Below, piece after piece: positions 38,696 to 47,696 of a stretch of 64,000 nucleotides of DNA. Positions within the stretch are counted from its first letter, which is position 1, and the number at the start of each line of letters is the position of its first letter. A program made the position numbers and the translations under genes. The stretch spans positions 27,366 to 91,365 of the forward strand of contig JAOPTX010000034.1 in the NCBI GenBank assembly GCA_051532055.1, in the 5' to 3' direction. The DNA comes from Fibrobacterales bacterium. GTDB taxonomy: Bacteria > Fibrobacterota > Fibrobacteria > Fibrobacterales > JAOPTW01. Under the pieces are notes generated by a model that worked only from the letters and a program-made list of their open reading frames with translations, ran no database searches and was not told the DNA's origin.

Positions 38696-38726
38696 ATAAT
38701 TCCTAGCACTCAATATAAGTGCAAAT

Positions 38727-38762
38727 ATAAAAAAAGCTTACCTATACAGGATAGGTAAGCTT
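38727..38762 (-). terminator. Intrinsic terminator after the prs-like gene
   Basis: Perfect 12-bp stem AAGCTTACCTAT / ATAGGTAAGCTT with loop ACAGG. On the minus strand it is followed by TTTTTT. Confidence 0.75.
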
Positions 38763-38796
38763 GAATTTTACATGACAAAGAAATTTGCCTTTTAAT

Positions 38797-39957
38797 TTAT
38801 ACGCTTGGGGGGGGCCAGCGTGGATTTTTACTCGACATGTCGATAGAGTAAAAATCTTTATCAAATCGATTCTCTTCCATTTCAAGCATTTGCAATATAT
38901 GGCGACAAATCCATTTGCCTATTTTAAGTACAACAAGTTTTTTTCTGAGACGACCCTGACTATCACGATTCATAACTGTGTGTATCGTATTAGTGGTCAT
39001 AATCTCATCAATTGCTTTATTATTAAGGTTTTCACGTGCTTCTTGTGATGGATAAAAGTGAGTTACTCCAAATGCAACTTTATTTGGATTCCCCTTTTTA
39101 ATAGCCGCACAGGATTCGACAATAGTATTACCAGTCCGAACCATGTCATCCATTACAATTACATCTTTTCCAGCAAGATCTGCTATTGTAACTTCTGATT
39201 CAGGGTGAACTTCTATTGATACTTTTCGTTCTCCTGAACGTTCTTTATTAAGCAATAATATTTTAGTATCAGGAAGTCCCAAATATTCGTGTACCATTTT
39301 AACAAAAGGAACAGCACCTTTATCTGGCGCACATAATATAAGGTTTTCACCATTCATTCCAGTATGTAATAAATCTGATTTCTTAAGATAATCAGCATAC
39401 AGTTCAGCAGGAATTAAGTTATGAAAATTACCTTCAAACACTTCATTAAAAAGAGTTTGCACCTTAACCGAATGATTGTGTACGGTAATTACAGAATCAA
39501 CACCTGACTGTTTAAGCAGCTGAGCATAGAGGAGTGATGTAAATGCTTGTCCATCGAATTTTTTCAAATCCTTCATGGTACGATCTTTTTCAAGGTCACC
39601 GTATACGTATGGACCACGGTCTTGAGCCGAGAAAAAGAGATCTGGCTCAACCAAAATAACATGCTTAGCACCATTCTCTTTAGCCGATCGAGCCAAAATA
39701 AAGTTGCGCATAGCAAGACTATTACGGCCGTGAGTATTTGAAGACGTTGAGCAAATGATTACTGTACGATCGACAAGTTGAGTCCCAATGTTTTCTAAAT
39801 CAGATTCATCACTGATAAAACGGGGACAAAACTCGGAGTTCGCATAGCATCTCAGTGCCACTAGGTCAGAAATGTCAATTGGTATACCGAGTAACTGAGC
39901 AACATCAATCGCAAATGGATTGTCCGATGTGTTACCTGTTACAACTAATTTATCCAT
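38797..39957 (-). CDS. Ribose-phosphate pyrophosphokinase-family protein (long, divergent form)
   Basis: 386 aa with a GAGGA RBS. VEPDLFFSAQDRGP corresponds to the Prs ViPYfgYaRQDr motif, and VIVMDDMVRTGNT is the PRPP-binding loop. It is about 70 aa longer than a typical Prs. Confidence 0.65.
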   Translation of the reverse strand: MDKLVVTGNTSDNPFAIDVAQLLGIPIDISDLVALRCYANSEFCPRFISDESDLENIGTQLVDRTVIICSTSSNTHGRNSLAMRNFILARSAKENGAKHVILVEPDLFFSAQDRGPYVYGDLEKDRTMKDLKKFDGQAFTSLLYAQLLKQSGVDSVITVHNHSVKVQTLFNEVFEGNFHNLIPAELYADYLKKSDLLHTGMNGENLILCAPDKGAVPFVKMVHEYLGLPDTKILLLNKERSGERKVSIEVHPESEVTIADLAGKDVIVMDDMVRTGNTIVESCAAIKKGNPNKVAFGVTHFYPSQEARENLNNKAIDEIMTTNTIHTVMNRDSQGRLRKKLVVLKIGKWICRHILQMLEMEENRFDKDFYSIDMSSKNPRWPPPSV

Positions 39958-39975
39958 GTATCCTCATAGGTTATT

Positions 39976-39995
39976 AAAAAAGCTCCCGTAGGAGC
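39976..39995 (-). terminator. Weak intrinsic terminator candidate after glgP
   Basis: On the minus strand, a 5-bp GC-rich stem GCTCC / GGAGC with a 4-nt loop is followed by TTTTTT. Confidence 0.35.
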
Positions 39996-40001
39996 CCTTT
40001 T

Positions 40002-42503
40002 TTACATTTTTATTATGGGTGCTTTCCAAATTTCATCATTGTACTGCTTAATAGTACGATCTGACGAAAATTTACCAATACGAGCAACATTCATGATAGA
40101 CATAGTCGTCCACTCTTTTGGTTTTGTGTAGAGTTCAGAGACCTTCTCTTGACACTCAACAAATGAATCAAAGTCTGCAAAAAGCAAATATTGATCATGA
40201 TTCATAAGATTACTGAGTATTGGTTCAAACAATCCAGATTCTTCGGGAGAGAAAAACCCAGATTGGATAAGATCAATAACTCGTTTGAGATTTGGGCTCT
40301 TATCGTAGTAATCACGGGGATTATAGCCACTTTTTTCAAGCTCTTGAACTTCTTCAATCTTTTTTCCAAAAATAAAGATGTTCTCGTCACCAACCTCTTC
40401 GGCAATCTCAACATTAGCACCATCAAGTGTACCAATGGTCAGAGCTCCATTAAGTGCAAATTTCATATTACCTGTCCCCGATGCTTCGGTTCCTGCTGTA
40501 GAAATCTGCTCAGAAAGCTCTGATGCAGGGAATATTTTCTCTGCAAGTGAGACTCTATAGTTTTCGATAAAGACCACTTTGAGCATATCGCCTACATCTT
40601 TATCGTTATTAACTACTTCACCAACCGCAGTAACCAGCTTAATAATGAGCTTGGCCATATAATAGCCTGGTGCAGCTTTGCCACCAACAATTATAGTACG
40701 AGGCACAATTTTCTTGTTCTCATATTTAATCTCACAATAAAGATGTATTGCATGAAGAACATTTAATAGCTGACGTTTGTATTCATGAATTCTTTTAACT
40801 TGAATATCAAAAATTGACTCAGGATTAATTGAAATATTCTGCTGCTCTTCGAGAATATCAGCGAGAATTTTTTTATTCTCTTTTTTAATCTCATTCCACA
40901 CTTTCTGAAATGGCGCTTTAGACGCGTGCTTCTCAAGTTTCTTAAGATCATCGAGGTCTGTGATCCATGCATCACCTATTGTATCAGTAATTAACGAAGA
41001 CAGTTTTGGATTTGACTTCAGCAACCAGCGTCTTTGTGTGATACCATTGGTCTTATTATTAAACTTTTCAGGATAAAAATCAAAAAAGTCTTTTACCAAA
41101 AAGTTTTTAAGGAGCTCGGTATGGAGAGCTGCAACACCATTTACTGAATGAGAACCAATGATTGAGAGGAACGCCATGCGAATCATCTTAGTATCACCCT
41201 CTTCAACAATGGACATACGTGCTAGTCGGTCAGTATCTCCTGGCCATTTAAACGAAACATCTCTAAGGAAGTGATAGTTGATTTCATAAATAATTTGAAG
41301 GTGACGAGGAAGAATTTTTTCGAATAGGAACACAGGCCATTTTTCGAGAGCTTCCGGCATCAATGTATGATTAGTATATGCAAAAGTAGCCTGGCATACT
41401 TTCCACGCTTCATCCCAATTCAGTCCTTCTTCATCAAGAAGAATTCTCATAAGCTCAGGGATTGAGACCGCTGGGTGAGTATCATTGAGCTGTATAGCCA
41501 CTTTTTCGTGAAACTTCGAGAAGTCATCACCATTGTTTACTTTAAAATTCTTTACAATATCTTGTAGACCTGCTGAACAGAGGAAGAACTGCTGCTTAAG
41601 GCGAAGTTCTTTACCATTCATTGAAGAGTCATTAGGATAGAGAACTTTTGAAATAGTCTCTGAAAGTTCTTGACTCTCAATAGCTTTTATATAATCACCA
41701 CTATTGAAGTAGTCCAGTCCAAAATCATCATTTGACTTTGCTGACCATAGTCTAAGATTATTCACAACACCATTTCTAAACCCAGGTACAGGTGTATCAT
41801 ACGGAACTGCTAGAACGTAGTCTTTGGTCTCCCAGCGTTTACGCTCTACTCCATTTTGATCGATGTACGTATTTACTTCACCATAAAATGGGACTTTAAT
41901 TTCTTTTTCTGGACGTGCAAGCTCCCAAGGGTTTGCACGTTTAAGCCAGTGATCGGGTTTTTCTACCTGATGTCCATTTTCTATTCGTTGATGGAACATT
42001 CCATATTCATATCGAATACCCATTCCACATGCTGGAATTCCTAAAGTCGCCATTGAGTCAATAAAGCACGCAGCAAGTCTCCCAAGACCACCATTACCGA
42101 GGCCAGCATCAACTTCAGCTTCACGAAGTTCTTCCATTGAGAGTGACATTTCATCTAAAGCATCTTTGACTTCATTCTCAATATCAATATTGATTATGCT
42201 GTTTCCAAAAGAACGTCCAATGAGGAATTCCAGTGAGAAGTAGTATACCATTTTTGATTTTTGTTCTTGATAGGCTACTTTTGTTTGCATCCATTTATCA
42301 ATAAGTCGGTCTCTAACAGAATACGCTATTGATAAGTACTTCTCATAATCAGTCGATGGTGAATTATATCCAACACCAAGTGTATGGTGAAGATGTTGAT
42401 TAAAAGACTTTTCAAAGGCTTCTTTAGTACAAGCAAGTGGCTCATATCCATCAATGCTTTCAGACACTTTTTTAGGTGCTTTTTTAGCTATTTTAGCTGC
42501 CAT
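40002..42503 (-). CDS. glgP: Glycogen/maltodextrin phosphorylase (GT35)
   Basis: The PLP site is EASGTGNMKFALNGALTIGTLDGANVE. Also present are GLGNGGLGRLAACF and VKRIHEYKRQLLN. The start is at ATG 42503 (GAGGAAAAT RBS), 10 codons inside the track ORF. Confidence 0.92.
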   Translation of the reverse strand: MAAKIAKKAPKKVSESIDGYEPLACTKEAFEKSFNQHLHHTLGVGYNSPSTDYEKYLSIAYSVRDRLIDKWMQTKVAYQEQKSKMVYYFSLEFLIGRSFGNSIINIDIENEVKDALDEMSLSMEELREAEVDAGLGNGGLGRLAACFIDSMATLGIPACGMGIRYEYGMFHQRIENGHQVEKPDHWLKRANPWELARPEKEIKVPFYGEVNTYIDQNGVERKRWETKDYVLAVPYDTPVPGFRNGVVNNLRLWSAKSNDDFGLDYFNSGDYIKAIESQELSETISKVLYPNDSSMNGKELRLKQQFFLCSAGLQDIVKNFKVNNGDDFSKFHEKVAIQLNDTHPAVSIPELMRILLDEEGLNWDEAWKVCQATFAYTNHTLMPEALEKWPVFLFEKILPRHLQIIYEINYHFLRDVSFKWPGDTDRLARMSIVEEGDTKMIRMAFLSIIGSHSVNGVAALHTELLKNFLVKDFFDFYPEKFNNKTNGITQRRWLLKSNPKLSSLITDTIGDAWITDLDDLKKLEKHASKAPFQKVWNEIKKENKKILADILEEQQNISINPESIFDIQVKRIHEYKRQLLNVLHAIHLYCEIKYENKKIVPRTIIVGGKAAPGYYMAKLIIKLVTAVGEVVNNDKDVGDMLKVVFIENYRVSLAEKIFPASELSEQISTAGTEASGTGNMKFALNGALTIGTLDGANVEIAEEVGDENIFIFGKKIEEVQELEKSGYNPRDYYDKSPNLKRVIDLIQSGFFSPEESGLFEPILSNLMNHDQYLLFADFDSFVECQEKVSELYTKPKEWTTMSIMNVARIGKFSSDRTIKQYNDEIWKAPIIKM

Positions 42504-42563
42504 ATTTTCCTCAGTTTTCCTGTGTAAACCCATTATCGTAATTTATTTCCTGAAAAACCATCT

Positions 42564-44252
42564 TTATTTTTTAACAATTGCCTTTTTATATTTACTCACA
42601 TCTTTTAGGAGTTCAACAGCCTTTAACACCTGTAAGTCTGATTTTATTGTAAATGCAATACGCTCTCCTTCACCTTGGAACGCACTGATAAACTCTCGTT
42701 TAAGGCCTTTTTCAATATACTCATTATTATTAGCAAATTCTGAATCTCGATTATGCTTAAGGGCATCATGTAAATTCGCTATTGCTAATGCAAGCTTTTT
42801 GTCTTTAATTACTGCTGTCGTATCAAACTCACCAGGCGATTGGTCGATCTTAATGATCTTTTCTAACATATTTACTGAATTTTCAGCCGTTGTATGTTGA
42901 CTATTAAAAACAGAATCCGCATCAAGGAATTTTTTAAATGCAGAGACTACTTTTTGTTCAGTCTTCCAATCTTGACCCACGACTAATCCTCGACTATCGA
43001 GTTCAGGGCGATATTTAATTGCAAATTTAAAAAAGCTTGTTTGACGCTCTAATGTTTGTTGATACCAGCTTAATGCCTGTGCTTCAGTCACAACATCTGG
43101 AGAAATCCCACCTTCACCATACATTTTACGGCCCCCATTAGTGTAAAACACTTTTTTGGCAGTATCTGCTTTAGTAGTATCATTTGCATGGGGTACAGAA
43201 TTTTCTGGTTTATTAATACAACGTCCCATTGGGAGATAGTAAAAAGCAGTCGTCATTTTTATAGCACGACCTTCATTATCAAGGGGAAGAATTGATTGTA
43301 CCGACCCCTTACCAAATGTTGTCTTACCCACTATGAGTCCTCTATCCCAATCCTGAATAGCACCTGATACGATTTCACTTGCAGAAGCAGACCCCTCATT
43401 AACCAACACAACCAATGGAAAAGTTCTTCCAAATACTGGATCATTATCACTCTGTGCTTCAGACTTTTGATAACGGCCTTTTGTAGATACAATGGTGCGG
43501 CCTTTCTTAAGGAAAAGATCACTCACTTCTATGGCCTGACTGAGAAGCCCACCAGGGTTGTATCTCAAGTCGAGAATCAGTTTTTTCATTCCTTTCTGCT
43601 TAAGGTCGAGTAACGCAGATTTTACATCACGAGAAGTACTTTGAGAAAATTGAATAATTTTAATATATCCAATCTCTTTATTGATCATACCAAAGTAAGG
43701 AACCGATTTAATCTTAATATTTGCGCGTGTTATAGTGTACTCAATAAGATCAGGTACTCCTTCACGATACACATCAATTGTAACATCGGTACCTACAGGT
43801 CCACGAAGCTTATCAACGGCATCATTAATTGTAATGCCTTTGGTGTCGGAACCTTCAATTTTAACAATACGATCACCTGCCATAAGGCCCATATTAAATG
43901 CTGGAGTTCCTGCTAATGGAGAAATGATTGTAAGGATTTCATCACGAATTGCAATAGTAATACCAAGTCCCCCAAACTCACCTTCGGTACTTACTTTAAG
44001 GTTGCCATATTCTTTGGGAGTAAAGACCGTTGTATGCGGGTCAAGAACTTTTCTGATCCCATCGAAAGCAGCTTCCGTAAGCTCTTCAGGGTCTACTTCT
44101 TCAACATAACGATCATTGATATGCCCAAGTACCTCGTTTAATCGAGTAATACTTTCATAGTAGTCTTCTTTTGATTTTGAAAACCCAAGAGTTCCTACCC
44201 CAACAATAAGAAGCAGTCCGACAAATAGTAAAAATGAAACCAATTTTTTCAT
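42564..44252 (-). CDS. C-terminal processing peptidase (S41 family) with a PDZ domain
   Basis: 562 aa with an AGGAGA RBS and an N-terminal anchor. The PDZ region is GLMAGDRIVKIEG. The catalytic region is VLVNEGSASASEIVSGAIQD ... GKTTFGKGSVQ. Confidence 0.85.
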   Translation of the reverse strand: MKKLVSFLLFVGLLLIVGVGTLGFSKSKEDYYESITRLNEVLGHINDRYVEEVDPEELTEAAFDGIRKVLDPHTTVFTPKEYGNLKVSTEGEFGGLGITIAIRDEILTIISPLAGTPAFNMGLMAGDRIVKIEGSDTKGITINDAVDKLRGPVGTDVTIDVYREGVPDLIEYTITRANIKIKSVPYFGMINKEIGYIKIIQFSQSTSRDVKSALLDLKQKGMKKLILDLRYNPGGLLSQAIEVSDLFLKKGRTIVSTKGRYQKSEAQSDNDPVFGRTFPLVVLVNEGSASASEIVSGAIQDWDRGLIVGKTTFGKGSVQSILPLDNEGRAIKMTTAFYYLPMGRCINKPENSVPHANDTTKADTAKKVFYTNGGRKMYGEGGISPDVVTEAQALSWYQQTLERQTSFFKFAIKYRPELDSRGLVVGQDWKTEQKVVSAFKKFLDADSVFNSQHTTAENSVNMLEKIIKIDQSPGEFDTTAVIKDKKLALAIANLHDALKHNRDSEFANNNEYIEKGLKREFISAFQGEGERIAFTIKSDLQVLKAVELLKDVSKYKKAIVKK

Positions 44253-44308
44253 ACTTTCTCCTTTAAATCACAAAGTGCTCCTGCACTCCCCAATACTTTC
44301 TGCGCTCC

Positions 44309-44941
44309 TTAGAGGGAGGCGATAATTTTTTCTACAATAGCGTTATTCAATGCAAGCATATCTTGAGTGCCATCTAGTAAGGTAACATTTTCCGGATTTT
44401 TGCGGGCTACATCTTGATAACCATTTCTCACCCGTTCAAAAAACTCACCTGCTTCTTTTTCTATACGGTCTGGTACGCGATTATCCTTATCACTCCGCGC
44501 ACGAAACTCTTCTACAGGAATATCCAAAATAAAGGTCTGCTCCGGCCATATAGAACCACAGGTAATTTTCAACAATACTTCAATTTCAGTAGCATCAAGC
44601 CCACGGCCAAATCCTTGATATGCATACGTGGACCAGCCAAATCTATCCGCAAGTACAATAGATCCATTCTTAAGAGCGGGCTCTATAATTTCACCTATTA
44701 GCTGGGCACGAGATGCACTATAAAGAAACAGTTCACTTTTAGATGCCATATTTGAGCAATCGGGGTCAAGAATAAGCTCTCGTATCTTTTCTGATACCTT
44801 CGTCCCTCCTGGATCGCGAATAAGCGTTACAGTATGACCGAGTTCGATCAGTTTTTTTTCTATGAGTTTAATTTGGGTGCTTTTACCACACCCGTCTAAC
44901 CCTTCTAATGAGAAAAATCGACTGCTAATACTATGCTCCAT
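44309..44941 (-). CDS. tmk: Thymidylate kinase
   Basis: The P-loop is [15 protein letters not shown], and the DR(F/Y) motif is [14 protein letters not shown]. The start is at ATG 44941, giving a typical 210-aa Tmk. It overlaps the secA stop by 11 nt. Confidence 0.85.
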   Translation of the reverse strand: MEHSISSRFFSLEGLDGCGKSTQIKLIEKKLIELGHTVTLIRDPGGTKVSEKIRELILDPDCSNMASKSELFLYSASRAQLIGEIIEPALKNGSIVLADRFGWSTYAYQGFGRGLDATEIEVLLKITCGSIWPEQTFILDIPVEEFRARSDKDNRVPDRIEKEAGEFFERVRNGYQDVARKNPENVTLLDGTQDMLALNNAIVEKIIASL

Positions 44942-47696
44942 GACATTTTTTAAATTTCTTACCACTACCACACCAACAGGGATCATTACGACCTACTTGT
45001 GGTCCGGTATTACGAACAGGTGCAGTCTTTTTCGGCTGCGGCCTCCGTTGTGGTGCTGGTCTTTGAAATGCCTCACCTGATTCTTTGATATCTTCCCGGT
45101 TCTCAATACCCTGTGGCTTTTGCACCTCAGGTTCTGGAACGGGAACAGGTCCCTCTTCTACACGTACATTACAAAGACGTTCTGTTGATGACGTTGCAAT
45201 TGACTCCATACAACTCTCGAACATTGTAAAGCCCTCTTTCTTATATACCATAAGCGGGTCTTTTTGTGCATAGCCATGAAAACGAATTGCATCACGTAGA
45301 TGATCCATTTGCTGTAGATGCTCTTTGTAGTGCTGATCAATTGTGAGAAGCAGTACACGGCGCTCTAAATTATGAAGATTCTCTTCATCAACCATATCAA
45401 GCAATTTAGTGTGCTTTTCTTTTGCAAGATCTATTACGTGTTCAACAACTCCTGCCCCACCTTTTGCCGCGACCATTTTAGAGTTGAGCTTTGCTTCTAC
45501 ACCATAGCTTCTACGAATATCTGCATCGATAGTGTCATAGTCGAGGTTCTCCGCAAATTCGCTATCGCCTAGATAATTACTGAGTTTAATATCAATTGCG
45601 TCTTCAAAGTTATTGAAAATTTCATCTTGGATATTTTCACCCTTAAGAATACGTCCACGAACACCATAGACAATTTTACGCTGTTCGTTCATGACATCGT
45701 CATATTCTAAAAGATGCTTACGCCCTTCAAAGTTTTGACCTTCAACCCGTTTTTGCGCATTGAGGATAGCTTTATTTACAAATGGATGGGTAATTACTTC
45801 ACCATCTTCTGCACCCAAACGATCCATAACTGATTTAATACGGTCAGAACCAAAAATCCTCATAAGGTTATCATCAAGGGAGAGATAATAACATGACTCA
45901 CCAGGATCACCCTGACGTCCTCCTCGACCACGAAGCTGATTATCAATACGTCGACTTTCATGACGCTCTGTTGCAAGAACGTAGAGACCGCCCACCTCTT
46001 TTACCCCTGTGCCAAGTGCAATATCGGTACCACGACCCGCCATATTTGTTGCGATAGTTACTCGTCCCGGCTGCCCTGCAGAAAGAATTATTTCCGCTTC
46101 ACGCCCATGATTTTTTGCGTTGAGTACATCATGTTGAACCCCTTCACGCTTCAGGCGTTTATGTAATTCTTCTGAACGTTCAACACTAATAGTACCCACA
46201 AGTATTGGTTGCCCTTTCTCGTGTCGTTCTTTGATGTCTGATACAATAGCAGCTAATTTCTCTTCATGAGTTTTAAAGATTTTATCATTATGATCTTCTC
46301 TGACACACGGTTTATGAGTCGGCACCGTTATCACGCCAAGACTATAAATCTGCATAAACTCTGTTGCTTCAGTCGCAGCAGTACCAGTCATACCAGAAAG
46401 TTTGTCATACATTCTAAAAAAGTTCTGAAAGGTTATTTGTGCAAGAGTTTGATTTTCACGCGCAATTTTAACTTGTTCTTTAGCTTCAATAGCCTGATGA
46501 AGACCTTCAGAGTACCGACGGCCTTCCATGAGACGACCAGTGTTTTCATCTACAATGACCACCTGACCATCTTTGACGAGATAGTCAACATCATTTTGAA
46601 AGACAAACCACGCTTTAAGAGCCTGTGAAATGTGATGGACCCACTCAGCATTCATATTACCGTATAGGTTTTCTACACCAAGAATTTTCTCGCAAAGCTG
46701 TACTCCGCTATCAGTAAGAAGTACATTTCTCGACTTCTCATCAACAATAAAATCTTTATCTCTTGTAAGCTGAGGAATAACTGCATTTACCCGCGTGTAT
46801 TTCTCTGTTGACTGTTCCGCTGGTCCACTAATAATAAGCGGTGTACGAGCCTCGTCTACAAGAATAGAGTCAATTTCATCCACGATGCAATAGTTAAAGC
46901 CTCGTTGTACAAGATCTTCTGGGTCAGTAGCCATATTATCACGAAGATAATCAAAGCCAAATTCATTGTTTGTTCCGTAGGTTACGTCTGCTCCATAGCC
47001 TTCACGACGCTGTTGTGAATTCAGTCCATGTACAATAAGACCTACGCTCAAGCCAAGAAAGTGGTACGCTTTACCCATAAGTTCAGCATCACGACTTGCA
47101 AGATAGTCATTCACCGTGACAACATGCACCCCTTTACCCGTAAGAGCATTCAGGTATACCGGACAAGTTGCCGCAAGTGTTTTACCTTCACCGGTCTGCA
47201 TTTCTGCAATATTACCATCGTTAAGAGCAAGACCACCAATAAGCTGTACCTCAAAACTCTGCATCCTAAAAGGCTTCACAGACTCGGGGTATATTTCACG
47301 AATTCTTTGATAAAAGGCTGCCGGAAGAAATATTTCGTGTTCTGGAGTGTGATTTTCGAGAGCTTCACGCGCTTCTTTTACCACATTTTGAAGAGTGTCA
47401 TCAAGAAGAGATAGATCAAACTCAAACTTTTCATGGATGACATTAAACATACCGAGTCGACGGTCTGCAGCTTCTCGGGCAATAGCATATGCCTCGGCTT
47501 GTATTTCATCAAGTGCTGCGCCGCCACGAGCGCGCTCTTTAAGGGCCATACCTCGTGCAACCAATTCTGCATCATCTAAGGTATCAAGTTTTACGAATTG
47601 CGTATAGATATCTTCAAGAACAGGTTTGAGCTTTTTTATATAGCGATCACTCGGTGTTCCCAAGACTTTATAAATAATATTATGGAGAAGTTTCAT
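44931..47696 (-). CDS. secA: Preprotein translocase ATPase SecA
   Basis: 921 aa. Motifs are [39 protein letters not shown] and the C-terminal zinc finger [14 protein letters not shown]. Confidence 0.97.
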   Translation of the reverse strand: MKLLHNIIYKVLGTPSDRYIKKLKPVLEDIYTQFVKLDTLDDAELVARGMALKERARGGAALDEIQAEAYAIAREAADRRLGMFNVIHEKFEFDLSLLDDTLQNVVKEAREALENHTPEHEIFLPAAFYQRIREIYPESVKPFRMQSFEVQLIGGLALNDGNIAEMQTGEGKTLAATCPVYLNALTGKGVHVVTVNDYLASRDAELMGKAYHFLGLSVGLIVHGLNSQQRREGYGADVTYGTNNEFGFDYLRDNMATDPEDLVQRGFNYCIVDEIDSILVDEARTPLIISGPAEQSTEKYTRVNAVIPQLTRDKDFIVDEKSRNVLLTDSGVQLCEKILGVENLYGNMNAEWVHHISQALKAWFVFQNDVDYLVKDGQVVIVDENTGRLMEGRRYSEGLHQAIEAKEQVKIARENQTLAQITFQNFFRMYDKLSGMTGTAATEATEFMQIYSLGVITVPTHKPCVREDHNDKIFKTHEEKLAAIVSDIKERHEKGQPILVGTISVERSEELHKRLKREGVQHDVLNAKNHGREAEIILSAGQPGRVTIATNMAGRGTDIALGTGVKEVGGLYVLATERHESRRIDNQLRGRGGRQGDPGESCYYLSLDDNLMRIFGSDRIKSVMDRLGAEDGEVITHPFVNKAILNAQKRVEGQNFEGRKHLLEYDDVMNEQRKIVYGVRGRILKGENIQDEIFNNFEDAIDIKLSNYLGDSEFAENLDYDTIDADIRRSYGVEAKLNSKMVAAKGGAGVVEHVIDLAKEKHTKLLDMVDEENLHNLERRVLLLTIDQHYKEHLQQMDHLRDAIRFHGYAQKDPLMVYKKEGFTMFESCMESIATSSTERLCNVRVEEGPVPVPEPEVQKPQGIENREDIKESGEAFQRPAPQRRPQPKKTAPVRNTGPQVGRNDPCWCGSGKKFKKCHGA

